From NCBI GenBank assembly GCA_965649825.1, contig OZ287696.1, positions 1,035,101-1,099,100 on the forward strand: a stretch of DNA of 64,000 bases, written 5' to 3'. Of the stretch, positions 22,852 through 33,933 are shown one piece after another. The position numbers and the translations under genes were made by a program. This DNA is from Penicillus capitatus. Lineage: Eukaryota; Plantae; Chlorophyta. The notes below the pieces were generated by a model. The model was not told the origin of the DNA and did no database searches. It saw only the letters and a list, made by a program, of their open reading frames with translations. The stretch's first letter is position 1. Each line of letters begins with the position of its first letter.

Positions 22852-24734
22852 GAGCTGGCGAGAGGATCTTGTAAAATACTGCTTGATGAGCTAGGTCGTG
22901 ATGGAGACTGCGGCATGGAAGCTGTATGACACGGCTCTCCGTATCCCGCTGGAAGTCACGATCGACATTCCTCCAGATGTCAGGATGCCTACCTTGCCTC
23001 CGTGCGCACCTCTTTCGGCGGCGTCTTCAGATTCGTTTGCCGCTGGACCCAGTGCGCCTCTGGCCATTCCGACCAAGTTGTCGTCTCGCGCAAAAAGGAT
23101 TCCCGATAGAAAGGTGATAGAGGTGTCCGACGCAAACTCGGTCGATGGAGGACGCGTTCGAAACACCGAGATCGGGGAGACGCAAGGTGTGGACATGGCA
23201 GAGGTGCGGCTCCATCCGCCGCTTCCGGCGAGTGGAGAGATGTGGCTGTCCGTTCCTCGGTGTTTCGGCTGGCGAGTCGAGACGAGGCAGCAGCGGGAGA
23301 TGATGTTAGGCGCGGATTCAGTTTCTGTCCTTCCAATGCGTCTACGCGATCACCCCGTTTGGAGAACTGATGGACGCGGATTCGACGAGCGAGATGCAGC
23401 TGACCTACTCTGCTTTGCCTCAGTGCGTTGTTCTAGCCTGTAGCGGATACTCCGCCTTCATTTTCATCGTCTTTCATACTATTTTCAGTGATCGATTCTG
23501 CTTCTCCATATACTCATCTATTTACTGCGCTACACGCTTAAACACTCCCTTTGCATTGCATTTGTGCTTTTCAATTTCATGCAAACTGTGGTCTCGTGGC
23601 TTTCATCTGTGGTCATTGCTCAGAAGGCAGCGGCCTACCAGAACAATTGCAAAGCAATGATGCAAGTTCAATAATTGTCGAACAGCTGGTCGACGAGGAA
23701 AGACTCTTTGCGGCCACATTTCTTTCGAATATCCATTTTCCAAAGATTTTGGAGTTGGTTAGTCCGTAGGACAGATGCGTCATACAGGACACACTATTCC
23801 GTATCGAGCACTTTGATTGTCGAATTGCATAGCCCGTCATCATTGTTTCTAGGCGTTAAGTTTTCGCACTTCAGGAATCACCTGCTGACGCCAATCGCAT
23901 CAGCAAACATACGAGAGCAAACTTGTCTTCGTGTATGTAATACACGTGACTCCAATCGTCTTGCCATGTCAGTGACATCAACGTTCATGCGTCGCCATCA
24001 GACGAGCGTTCAAATGTCGTTCCGACGATCTCAAATCCAACGAGCGGTACGCGGAGACGCATCGACCTCTTTGTCGTTGTCGGAGCGAACGACAAGCGAT
24101 TGTACAGGCCTCGTTAGAGAAATCTGTCAAGAACGAGCAACGAGGACTGGAGAAAGGCGGATCGCCCAAACAAGATGACGCCCTGAAAGTGGGGCGGCAG
24201 AGTTGTCGCTCGATGCGTTGAATGGCGCAGCAGCAGTCAGTTGACGCCATCTGAGCTATCGAACAAGGGTTCCTCGAGGTGCGCTCTACGGTCTCCTGTG
24301 ACTGTGGTTCTCTGGAGTTCACGCTGTTCCTGTATGATTTGTTCGTTTCTGTAAATGTCTGCCGTTGTATCTCCTTTGCTGCTATTTGCTCGAACTGCGA
24401 AGTCGCCAAGGCGATAGAACGAAAACGACGCGTTCGTCATTCCAGTGCGCGCTCTCTTCTTTGCCTTAAAAAGCTGCGCGGGCTGTTATGCACTTCTCAG
24501 ACAGCGGATAGAGTCCACGTCAAATCCTGTGCGCTCACTGTGCAGACAACTTCGAAATGGCGATTGTTCGTCGTGTGCTGTTCTTCTCAGAGTGCATCGT
24601 CTGCTGTGGATGACAAGCAGCGACGTCTTCATGTTTTACCATTGCCGACGTGCCGTCGCCCGTTCTGAGAGACATTCGACCTTTTGCTGGTTCGAATCGA
24701 CTTGCAGTTGAAAGAGCGAGCTATAACTGCCTAA
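22852..24734 (+). repeat. Unknown dispersed family R, copy 1
   Basis: SWREDLVKYCL...WKLYDTALRIPLEVTIDIPP and YSALPQCVVLAC blocks are shared with 34582-37268, 43730-45850 and (distal part) 52168-53045. Confidence 0.8.
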
Positions 24735-25074
24735 TACATATTTCACTACAGAAATGTCGCTTGAATCCCATGGAGATTGTTGTCGACTCCGATCACAACG
24801 CAGTTCGTAAATGTGTACAACGTTGGGCTCATCGGCAATCCACACTATCATTGGGGGGTTCTCAGTGCATGGATAGATTCTTTCCACGAACGGCGACAAG
24901 ATCGAATACTTCGCACAGCCTGGCGTCTTTTCGCAGCCGAAGACTCTGCGATGACCGATGACGCGTGCGAAAGCAGTCATCTGCATTCCCCAATTGACAT
25001 ATCCACTGGGCGAGTGTTCTCAGGGGAGGCCTATCGATTCGTGAGATCCCGGATCAGATCGCGGTCGATTGAAG

Positions 25075-25865
25075 ATGGACGGTGTAACACTGAAAACGGC
25101 GAGCGGCGTCGAACTGCCTCCCCAACATCGCCGATCGCGCCTTCGTTCTCGATTGTTTATTCCTCGATTTAGTCCGCGTTTCGATCGACAACAGATGGAC
25201 GATCGTCTCGCTTCTGAAAGCGGCTGGCCGATGGGCTCCCCCGCGAGGGATTATAGTGTCGACCCGGCTGCCGAGTCCAGGCGGCAGACTGAACTTCGAG
25301 AATTGCCGCAGGGGGCGAGGCTGAGCGGTTGTCGGATGCCAGTCGATCTCCTCGAAGCCGTCATCGAGTCGTTGATCGAGGGAGACCAAGTGAGCGGCCG
25401 ACGACCCTCCGGACAACACAGACGACTCGCTTTCAGTTTTCGACGGCCTTGGAGGTTTTCGATTCCGCGATGCGGAGAATCGAACTCGGCGTATCGTCGG
25501 AGACCAGACCGAACAGCGAGACGTTCGAACTGCTCCTGAAGAGCTGTCACGTCAAAGCATTGCCAGAGAAGGCAGTGGAGATCCTATTGAGGATGCTGGA
25601 CCTCGGAATGGACCCCAGCACAACGTCGATTCGCCACATCCAGGATGCCATCTCCATCGGACAGGTTTGGGACAGGAAGCTGAGAAGGAAGAGAGACGGT
25701 GGCGTGCATGGGGGAAGGCGTCCAGACGGTTCAGGCGGTGTTCGTTCGGGCGATGAGCGCTTGTCGGCACTGAGCTCGCGGATCTGCGACCAACCGATCC
25801 TGTGCCCTAGACGATGGGACGTCGTACCTAACAAGCAATCGCCTTGTCCTTCTGCGGAATGTGAT
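25075..25865 (+). CDS. Small pentatricopeptide-repeat-like protein (boundaries approximate)
   Basis: After an intron (~25390-25436): FSTALEVFDSAM...RPNSETFELLLKSCHVKALPEKAVEILLRMLDLGMDPSTTS, a recognisable PPR motif. 3' end unresolved. Confidence 0.6.
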
Positions 25866-25875
25866 TGGCAGTGCC

Positions 25876-28800
25876 ATGTACGCCCCCTTTTCGCCGTTGA
25901 CGTTACTGCGCCGCGATTTCCGTCTGCGTTTCTTCAAAGCGTCCCTCGCACTCGGCGCAGCGCCGAACATGTCTAACAGCAGCGCAGAGAAAGTGCGTTC
26001 GAGGAGTGTCCGGTCCTTCGCTCACGCGTGTCTGCGACCAGGCCGTCGTGCGCATTCCCGACGCCGAAGAGAACTTGACAATCACCCTCACCATCCGCGA
26101 CAGAGTGCGGACGCTCAACCGGTCCCCCTCGATCGCACGGAGTCCATGGCAGAAGAGATGTGTGTTGGCAGACCCAAGGGAGAGGAGCTGAGCCGATCCT
26201 TGCATCGTCTTCGACTGAGCATCCGCTCCGACAAGAGTAAGACGCCGCCGCCAAGCCAACTGCAGAGAACGAGCCAGTTGGATCCTAGAGAAGGGAAGGA
26301 ACAAACGAGCCGGTCAGGAAGAGTGTGACAGCGTCGAAGAACAACCGGTCACCGTGGCTCTCTATGCGTCCGACTCCGAAGCGACGTGCGTTGCTCCCTG
26401 TCCGATCCACCCGTCTCGCAGAGGGTGGCGATTCTTGCAGTCTGGTCGACGAAGCAGTGACGAACGAGCGTGCGTGGCGAAGAGCGAGGTGGCTGATCGC
26501 AGGCGACAAGCGCTACGAGGTCGTGACGAATCCGCCCACCGTCATGAACGTGAGCCAGGCCTGTCCGCGTTTCGTCTCCCATTTCTCCATTCCAGCTGTG
26601 CCTGAACGAGAGGCCGATCGCCGGACACCCTGTCTTCCCGCTCTGTGAAGTGCGCCCGCGTTAGTTTCCGGACTGCTGCCGACCCGGGTCTTGTGCAGCT
26701 CGAATTCGCCGAAGAATCCGCCTGCCTGTGGCAGTGGTTCACCAGGACATCGAAAAGTTGCCCACTTTAGCCGCGCAGTCGGGAGGAGATCGCGTTCTGT
26801 TGATAGGCACGTCGTGGACGAAGTTGGAAGCCGCCACAGAGAGGGTCTACACTCCGGCACCGCCAGACGTGGGTCGTTTACTGGGAGTCGAGTGCACGCC
26901 GGTGGCCCGAGACGTCGAAGGAGCAGAAGAAGGAGCGTCTGTCTACGGCGAGTCGCGTTTCGCCGAACAGGGTTTGTTTCCTCCTTGCTCGGCACCGATG
27001 CACGTGCCGTTCGCCGACAGGTCCCGTGGCTCCCGGAAGGGAGAAGGCGTCCGGAGACGGCCGACACGAGCTGACGCCTCGGACACTAGAGTCCCCGTCC
27101 TTCCGCGTGGTCACCTACAACGTCCTCGCCGACTCCTACGTTTCGAGGCCGAACGCGAAGAGCGTTTTCGGATACTGCAGCCCCAGGCGCGCCCTCGTCC
27201 CCTGTCTTTTGAGACTGACGCTGAGTTCTGTCAGCGATCTCGACATCGACGTGCGGAAGCAGCTTGTGCTCAAGGAACTGCTCGGCTACCACGCAGACAT
27301 TGTCTGCTTGCAGGAGTGCGACCAGAAAGTCTTCGACACCTACTACCGTCCCCATCTCCAGGCCGAAGGTCACGTCAACGGAAGGGTACCTCTCCTCCAT
27401 CTGTCGTGTCTGTAGGATTCGCCGGCGTCTTTGCTCAGAAGAGTGGCAGCACGAGAGAGGGAGAGGCCCTCTTCGCCCGCCGATCGCGATTCGAGGTGCG
27501 TCCGTCCGCGATTGCGCCGCCGCAGACCTTGCATCGCGTGCACTCAGATTGCTGCGCATGTCCGCCTGAACATGAACGAAGTCCTGAACGGCGAGCTTCC
27601 CGCACACCTCCTGCCCTTTCGCGAGATGATCGCCGAGTGCAAGAACATGAGCACGGCGCTCAAGAACGTTGTGACGATTGGCCAGGCGGTCCTCCTGAAG
27701 CCGATCGGAGAAGGCGAGAAGCCGCTCTGCGTGGTGAACACGCACCTCATATCTCATTCGCACGGAGAGCACATACGTGTCTTCCACGTCCTCGACATGC
27801 TCCACCGGGCGAGCGTCTGGGCGCGATCCGTCGAAGAGAGTGCGCAGCTGGTGCTGGTCGGCGATCTGAATAGCAGCGTCGATCTGGCCACCGGGAAAGT
27901 CGACGGTATGCTGTCTGGCTCTCGGCGATGCAGAAGCCGCAACGCTCTTTGTGGACGCAGCCGCACTGACGCTGCTGCGCGACGGCCGCCTTGGGAAGGA
28001 CCACTGGGAGTGGAGCGAGTGCCGGAAGTTCCGCTGGACCAAGGTGATCCGCCCCTGCTCGGCTCGACACCGACTCCGTCTGTTTCTCCGCCCAGATGAC
28101 ACCAGAAGACGATGTGTCGCGGCTGTACGAGAGCGCAGACGAGGGCGAAGGGGATCCAGTCGAAGGCATCGACGTCGAGGCGCCGTTCGAGCTTCGAAGC
28201 GCGATGAGTAGGAAACGAACGATCGAAAGCTGTTCGTTCGATCACGTCTAACGGACGTTCGACTGTGTGTCAGGTCTCGAAACGCCCTACTCGAACTTCA
28301 CTGAAGGCTTCAAAGGACTGCTGGACTACGTTTGGTACGAGCCGCGCTTCGTAGACGTCGAACGAGACATTCCCATACCCTCTCCCAAGAGGATAGGGAA
28401 GCCATGTCCCTCCGAGGTGTACCCGTCCGATCATCTGGCGGTGAGTGGCTATCTCTGTACCGAGTGTCGTAGCTAAGAAACCACTGTCGGCACCGCAGGT
28501 CGTCGTGGATATGCGTTTCAAAGACGAGAGGAAGGGCTCTCCGGGTGGCGGAGACAACGCCGAGGGACGAATCCTTCCAGCCGTCGTTGAACACGTCGAC
28601 AGAGGCGTCGAGGAACTCGAGAGAGGCAGACTCGTCGGTCCGGATCTCGCTTCTCGTTCTCCACTCTCATCCTCTGCGACGCCTAGGCCTGCCCACGGAC
28701 ACGATCTACGGATTGGCGGCGGACGCAGGGAACGGAAACGCCGTCAACGCACTGTATGCGGCAAAGGGTCGTTCGACGGATGTGCCGCTGGCCGTGTGCG

Positions 28801-29311
28801 TGGCCGAGGTTCAAGATGTCGCCAAACTGTGCGAGGTGCATCACCTGCCCGACGGGTTGCTGGATGCCCTGCTTCCCGGACCCGTTACGGCAGTCCTCCG
28901 ACGGAAGGAGACGTCTCTCCTCGCGCCGGAGCTCAATCCAGGTCTCCCTTCGATCGGTAGGTTCAGATGGAACCCACGGTGCCATCTCGCGTTTCGGCTG
29001 CATCTCTAGGCGTGCGGGTACCGGATGCCGAGTTCGCTCGCCTTCTGTGCAGTCGGCTGCACAAACCGATCGCGCTGACGAGCGCCAACAGGAGCGGAGA
29101 TCCGTCAAGTGTGTGCGTTTCTGAGTTTCAAGAGCTCTGGCCGGACTGTGCCATCGTCTTCGACGGTGGCCGAAGCTCAGGATCGAAACTGGGATCGACC
29201 GTGGTGGACCTGTCGTCATCGGGCCAGTACAAAATTCTGCGCACAGGGGACGGTCTCCAGTCCGTTCTGGAAGCTCTAGAACGTTTTGGCGTGCGAGAAG
29301 TTTCCGAGTGA
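25876..29311 (+). CDS. Fusion protein: PDE12-type EEP deadenylase (2',5'-phosphodiesterase 12) + YrdC/Sua5 threonylcarbamoyl-AMP synthase
   Basis: EEP motifs FRVVTYNVLAD, DIVCLQE, CVVNTHL, VGDLNS, FTEGFKGLLDYVWY, YPSDHLA. Via intron 28441-28498 the frame continues with no stop into VVVDMRFK...GRLV/GLPTDTIYGL, YAAKGR, LLPGPVT, IGVRVP, TSANRSG, STVVDLS. Confidence 0.88.
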
Positions 29312-31324
29312 AATTGCATTTGTCTGTTGCTCACGCTGACGCGTTTCTTTGGCGGAGCTTTCGTCAGATGAACAGAGGGAACGCTTGTTGCTCGACGAAA
29401 CTGTTCTTGGAATGAATTCACAACGATCGTCTTCTACGCGCCCGATCGTACGAAGAACCTCCTTTGCGAGCTGCGCAGTGGTTTCTTGCTCTGCATTCCT
29501 TGAACCACGGTGACCAATTAGACGACGCCTCTTTTGTGCAGCCATCTTTTCTCGCGAAAGAAAAGCAACTGTCAAAGCGAAATCTCGACTCGCTTGATCG
29601 CCGTCTCTCGTGTCTGTCACTGACGACATACTGTCAAGAGAAGATCCATTGAAAATCTCCGGCCCGAGCAAAGCAAGAATCTTTAAAAGAGACCATCTTA
29701 CGGATTTTGGAAGTTAGGTCGGCGCCCAAGTAGGTAGAGAGTTCGCCACATCGTTTCAGAGAGCTACGCGCCAATATTTCGACATGCACACCAGGTGATC
29801 ACCATCAAACCAATAACCAATTCATACCATCCTAAATCAATCTATGTTGGCCATTGTCGTATCATCAGAAGAGTGCTCAAATGAGAAATCGACAACTCGT
29901 GCTGTCAAGTGATTGATCGCGATTCTAATGAAGACATCCTTGAGAGGGTCTTACCTCGCCCTTCAACCACTCGAATGTAAAAAGCACAAATGGTTACATT
30001 TCTTTAATACTTGTACGACAGTGTGTTTCAAGCCAGTACTGAGATGCAATAGGTATAAGTCCACAGGGTGATTTCTAGAACATGATTTGCTAAACGCCAG
30101 AAATGGGTATCCGGTTCGGTTTTACATGCAGCCTCTCATGTACCAGTCATAACCACCACTTTTGCATGAACCTCAAGAAATAACATTCCTCGACATGTGA
30201 CTGGATAACGGCACAGTCCGTTCCACAGCAGGAGATTTGGATGCTGGAAGCGTTTCAGTCGAGTCTAGCGCTTGCTTATTGCTCGGCGGCTTCGTCGTTG
30301 GTGATTACGTCGCCATCACTAACTGCCTCACACGGTTGCGACTGTCATTTGCGGTCAAAAACCCTGGGCGTTTCTGAATCGTATTGCTTCTTTCGTTTCT
30401 TCGAGTTTTGGACGTTTCTCGCTGCGTTTATCTTTTCCAGCAGAAACGCTTCCCGGTCGCCGCTCTCTTGACAATTTTCGTCTATCGCCGTCCAAGCCGC
30501 TGCCTTTCGACGCACTCGCCCTCCAAGAAGGATCTGCTGGATAGAGATCGGAAGCCGACTCCAGCCATTCGGCACTCCGTCCGCGTGCGCCTTCGATAGT
30601 GAGTCGAATCTCTCCTCCTGCCCTCGTGGGAAATTCCTTCACAATACCCAACGTCCATTTGCGTCCTGCAGGTCGCCAGTCGACGAAAACTCGCCCTCCG
30701 CGACCGGAAGGATCGACTCGGAACTGTCCAGAACGCGGGTCATGGGTGTGGTGGACTCGACAATGGAGTCCGGTGCGGCTGTTCTCTGGACTGCCGGGGG
30801 GCTCGGAGACGCGTGGCATGGGACGGTTGACGTCTGAATCGACAGAGGTAGCTAAGGATGGAGCTTCTAAGAGAATCCAGTGTGAGCCATGCAGGTACCA
30901 AACTGTCTCCGGCGCAATGGACAAGGGACATTTCAGAAGACGACAGTAGAATGGGCACCGCATCGTGATATGGCGCCTGATGGTGGTCTGACAGTCGACG
31001 GACAACCATGGTAAGTGCAGAGGGACGCCGTTCATTTTTCAGAACCCTGTGTTTCGATGTAGCTATGGACGAGATTATTGGTCGTCCGTCCTGATCAGGA
31101 CTACAGCAACAGTGGACGGATATTGACGGGTTGGAAGCTCTCGATGGTTTGATGAAAAGATCGCCGTCGCCGAGCGACATGCCATCGTCAATAGCGACGC
31201 GACGCCTGTGACAGGAGACGGTGGACATGATGACAACATAAACACGACGCTGCTGGAAACCGGCGACTTGGCCAGTCGAAGAGGAGACGCATGAAGCATG
31301 CAGACGTCAGTCAACACATGGTAA

Positions 31325-31606
31325 CAAGGGGCGTGTACATGAGTCTGCCGTCGATCTGCCTCGATGCAGATCGACGCAGACCTTGTACGTAGCTACTGCC
31401 ATGTGCATGAGACTGCCGTCGATCTGCCTCGATGCAGATCGGCGCAGTCCTGCACATGGAGGCGGCTCAAGAGGCCATAGCTACTGCCATGTGCATGAGA
31501 CTGCCGTCGATCTGCCTTGATGCAGATCGGCGCAGTCCTGCACATGGCATAACTATCCAAGCCTGGAGCACGCGCCTACCCGAGTCGTCTTCCGTAAATG
31601 CGAAGC
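31325..31606 (+). repeat. Hairpin array 2 (three units plus tail), outside the large duplications
   Basis: Same palindromic unit and the same downstream aactatccaagcctgga...gagtcgtc tail as 21896-22200. Confidence 0.9.
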
Positions 31607-32129
31607 AGCTGTTCTTCCCCTGATATATAATGCCAAAGGTATGGAACCTTAGAATGCAAATAAGCTGAATGCGATGTTCCAGACAGGCCAGAAGATTCGG
31701 ATCCTTGTGGAGGACACTGGAGAATTGATGTGTGAAGTCTTGTCGTGGAAGATCGATATATTACCGTTTGAGAGGATTTGGCTGGTCACCGAGATTTGAT
31801 ACGGACAGAAGGCAACACAGATGTTTGCCTCGACCAGCATCAATGCATCGCCTGTAGAGATCAGTTCATCGATTGATCTCTCCTCAACATAATCCAACCC
31901 AGCCGATGCAAAGGGCTTCACTTTCGTTAACAGTTGGTCTATTGGCACAAGTGTTGCCCATCAAGAAGAGATGTCTTGCAAGGTCAGAGTGTTAGTTCAT
32001 CAGCCAGTGAATTCTGTGAAGCTCTGAGAGACCTGGAGAAATGTGCCGAGAAAGCAATCTTATTATGCTGGTCAAAAGGGCGTCGTTGAAGAGAATTACT
32101 GTAGGTTCTCTCATGATCAGCTGTGTTGA

Positions 32130-32977
32130 CAAGAGACGACACGTGACGAAGCCGACATCCGACAACCTACGATGAAGCATCTGGCAGAATGACATCCTAC
32201 GATCCGACATCCGAGAGCCCATTGATGAAGACGACGACCAACGATGAAGCATCTGGCAGCAGACATCCTACGATCCGACATCCGAGAGCCCATTGATGAA
32301 GACGACGACCGATGATGAAGCTCCCAGCAGCCGGCAATCTATGATCCGGAATCGGACAAACGATGATGAAGACTATAGCCTAGATCCGAAGTTCGACAAC
32401 CCATCGATGAAGACGACGATTGATGATGAACCACCTGGCTGCCGATAATCTATGATCCGAAGTTCGACAGCGGACAACCGATCAGATCTGACATCCGACG
32501 GCAAACAACCTATGATCTGACATACAACAGCCTACGATGAAGCCTCAGGCAGTCTATGATCTGAACTCCAGCAGCAGACAGTCTGTGATCTGACATTCGA
32601 CGGTGTACGATGAAGACGACAGCCTGCTACAAAGACACTGCCCATCAGATCGAACATCTAAGAGCTTGTGAAGAAGACCAGGACATCGATGAAGACGATC
32701 AACCATTCGATCGGACATCCGAAGGCTATGATGAAGACGACTACCTATCAGATCGAACATCTGAGAGCCATCGATGAAGACCAGGACCTGCGATGAGGAC
32801 GATCAACTATTCGATCGGGCATCCAATTGATATAATGATGACGACTACCTATCAGACCGAACATCCGAGAGTGTGCGATGAAGACCAGGACCTGCGATCG
32901 AGCGTCCAATATCTAATGACGAAGCCAGCAGCAGCCTCCAGCAGCAGACAACCTATTCGATCCGATATCCAACAGCT
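32130..32977 (+). repeat. Degenerate GATGAAGACGAC/GATCTGACATCC-rich tandem repeats
   Basis: Recurrent motifs gatgaagacgacgac, ctatgatccga, gatctgacatcc with irregular period, grading into the 81-bp array. Confidence 0.75.
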
Positions 32978-33375
32978 ATGATGAAGATGACTTACCTGCA
33001 ATGAAGCCTCCAGCAGCCTCCAGCAGCATACAACATTTCTGATCTGACATTCGACCGTTTGTGACGAAGATGACTTGCCTGAGATGAAGCCTCCAGCAGC
33101 ATACAAGATTTCTGATCTGACATCCAACAGCATGTGATGAAGATGACTTACTTGATGAAGCCTCCAGCAGCCTCCAACAGCATACAACATTTCTGATCTG
33201 ACATCCAACAGCATGTGATGAAGATGACTTACTTGATGAAGCCTCCAGCAGCCTCCAGCAGCATACAACATTTCTGATCTGACATCCAACAGCATGTGAT
33301 GAAGATGACTTACTTGATGAAGCCTCCAGCAGCCTCCAGCAGCCTCCAGCAGCACATAATTTTCGATCTGACATC
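32978..33375 (+). repeat. 81-bp minisatellite, ~5 units
   Basis: catccaacagcatgtgatgaag recurs at 33121, 33202 and 33283 (period 81). Confidence 0.9.
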
Positions 33376-33587
33376 AGCAGACAGCCTTTTATCAAGCCGA
33401 TCCCGTGCATTTCAGTTGTTGGGCGATATTATCAATTACCTCTGGACGAATAATTATATGGTGTTTTTGCATATCTTTTGGGCATTTAAGAACTCTGGAC
33501 TTGAACAAACTAGATTTTATAACCTTGATGATGTAGTGCTGATTCGATCACATTTTTTCCGATTTGTTTAATAAAAGAGGGATTCTG

Positions 33588-33718
33588 TGTTTAGGCCATC
33601 TCATTCGTGGCAATTGTACAGACACCTGCTAAGCTGTTTAGGCCATCTCATTTATGGCAATTGTACAGACACCTGTTAAGCTGTTTAGCCATCTCATTTG
33701 TGGCGACTGTACAGACAC
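33588..33718 (+). repeat. 47-bp tandem repeat, 3 units
   Basis: tgtttag(g)ccatctcatt..tggc.a.tgtacagacac at 33588, 33635 and 33682. Confidence 0.9.
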
Positions 33719-33933
33719 AGTAGACGATGTAGCTCGCGATAACGAACGCGTCGAAAACGCAGTATAAGACGTCCCTTATGCATCCCAGCCCAGGCTGCTA
33801 GAGGTGTGTTCGATCGATTCGGTTTAAACATGCAGCACTGAGAGAACCACAAAGAAGTTTCATTGTATACTACTGCCACCTCAATGGCATCTCTTGCCGA
33901 GTGTCATTCAAATCGAAGAAAGAATATCCAAGA

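Larger units (their letters stand above)
20318..24734 (+). repeat. Inverted duplication 2, left copy (4.4-kb mosaic cassette of gene fragments)
   Basis: Reverse-complement match to 43960-48378, from gcctccatccgtcgctcgggagcaaagggg to gagcgagct.taactgcctaa. Confidence 0.9.

Noticed and set aside
22892-22894. TAG aligned with CAG (Gln) in paralogues, suggesting the TAR=Gln code of some ulvophytes
   Set aside because: Long intact exons (ISE2, ankyrin, kinase) contain no in-frame TAA/TAG, and TAA/TAG end genes at expected positions (thioredoxin, PIG-W, GST). C-to-T decay in pseudogenes explains it.
32852-33410. 167-aa and 144-aa repeat proteins in the ORF track
   Set aside because: They are translations of the 81-bp minisatellite (period divisible by 3), open in two frames at once, with no gene context.
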